Positions 60,166 through 64,000 of a stretch of DNA of 64,000 bases are shown here, piece by piece. Below the pieces are notes generated by a model that was not told the DNA's origin, did no database searches, and worked only from the letters and a program-made list of their open reading frames with translations. Every line of letters starts with the position of its first letter. Positions within the stretch are counted from its first letter, which is position 1. Source of the stretch: the human T2T-CHM13v2.0 reference genome, Homo sapiens. The translations under genes and the position numbers were made by a program. The DNA lies in NCBI RefSeq assembly GCF_009914755.1, contig NC_060925.1. One strand, given 5' to 3'.

Positions 60166-60669
60166 CTAGAAGGGCCACAAAAAAGAAAAAAGCATTAGAG
60201 TAACTGTGACAATATGGTGCTTTCTGTAATGATTAATTTTAAAAATAATATATAAGTTCAACTTCTCAAATTATTAACAAGGACTGTGAACTAGGGACAG
60301 AAATAATTAAACTAATCTATTTTAACAAATAGTCAAAAATTACCTTCTTTTCACTACTGAGGAGAATTCTAGAAATAGGTATATACACACTTAGCTGGTG
60401 GGAGCATTATCTGTTAACATTTCTAAGGGCAATTTGACAACGTGTATCAAAAGCTTTAAAACTGTGTATGTAACCTTTGAACCAGTAATTACACTTTTAG
60501 AAATGTATTTATATTTAGAGATACGTAAAAATACTTTAGCCACATAACTCATTACAGAAAATAACTTTGATGTAAAAAAATAGAAATTTGTCTAAATTAT
60601 GGTATAATATAAATAATGGTATGAAACACTAGGCAGGAGTCTTTTAAAATAATGTTGTAAAAACTCTAA

Positions 60670-63776
<3,107 letters not shown>

Positions 63777-64000
63777 CTAGTTGATGTCCAGTAAATTCTG
63801 TGTTAGGTACAAATGAAGCACGAAACACAGTTATTGCCTTCTACAGAATCAAAATCTAGTTGCAGGGACAATACATTTAAAAACGAAGTGATAAAGCAAG
63901 TACTAGGGTTGATTAGAGACCAGAAAGGGGAATAGCTTAGGTACATGAGGTCAGAGGAACTGGATTAGTCGAGGAATGCCTTTAGAAGGAAATGAGGGCC

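Overview
Primate (human-like) genomic DNA lying entirely inside the EIF4G3 (eIF4GII) gene, which is transcribed from the minus strand. I resolved 14 consecutive coding exons (60165 down to 5738). All have canonical AG/GT boundaries and splice into one uninterrupted 1,944-nt / 648-aa frame: MIF4G (HEAT-1) domain, S/G-rich linker, then MA3 (HEAT-2) domain. The start and stop codons lie outside the window. The introns are packed with retroelements: roughly 50 Alu/FLAM copies, several L1 generations, a MER52-like ERV1 LTR, a MaLR LTR, MER20, MIR and L2. Most ORFs in the supplied track are repeat artefacts. I found no new gene system. The most notable structure is a young L1PA2/3-like insertion (about 11916-14578). 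It has a twin-priming 5' inversion and what look like two serial 3' transductions, each with its own poly(A), bracketed by one target-site duplication at a TT/AAAA site. Also worth checking: a hairpin that could mask the 5' splice site of an in-frame-skippable MA3 exon, a candidate unannotated acceptor or microexon near 33232, a two-unit minisatellite, two target sites each hit twice by Alus, and close inverted Alu pairs next to exons. Repeat boundaries and subfamily names were read by eye and are approximate.
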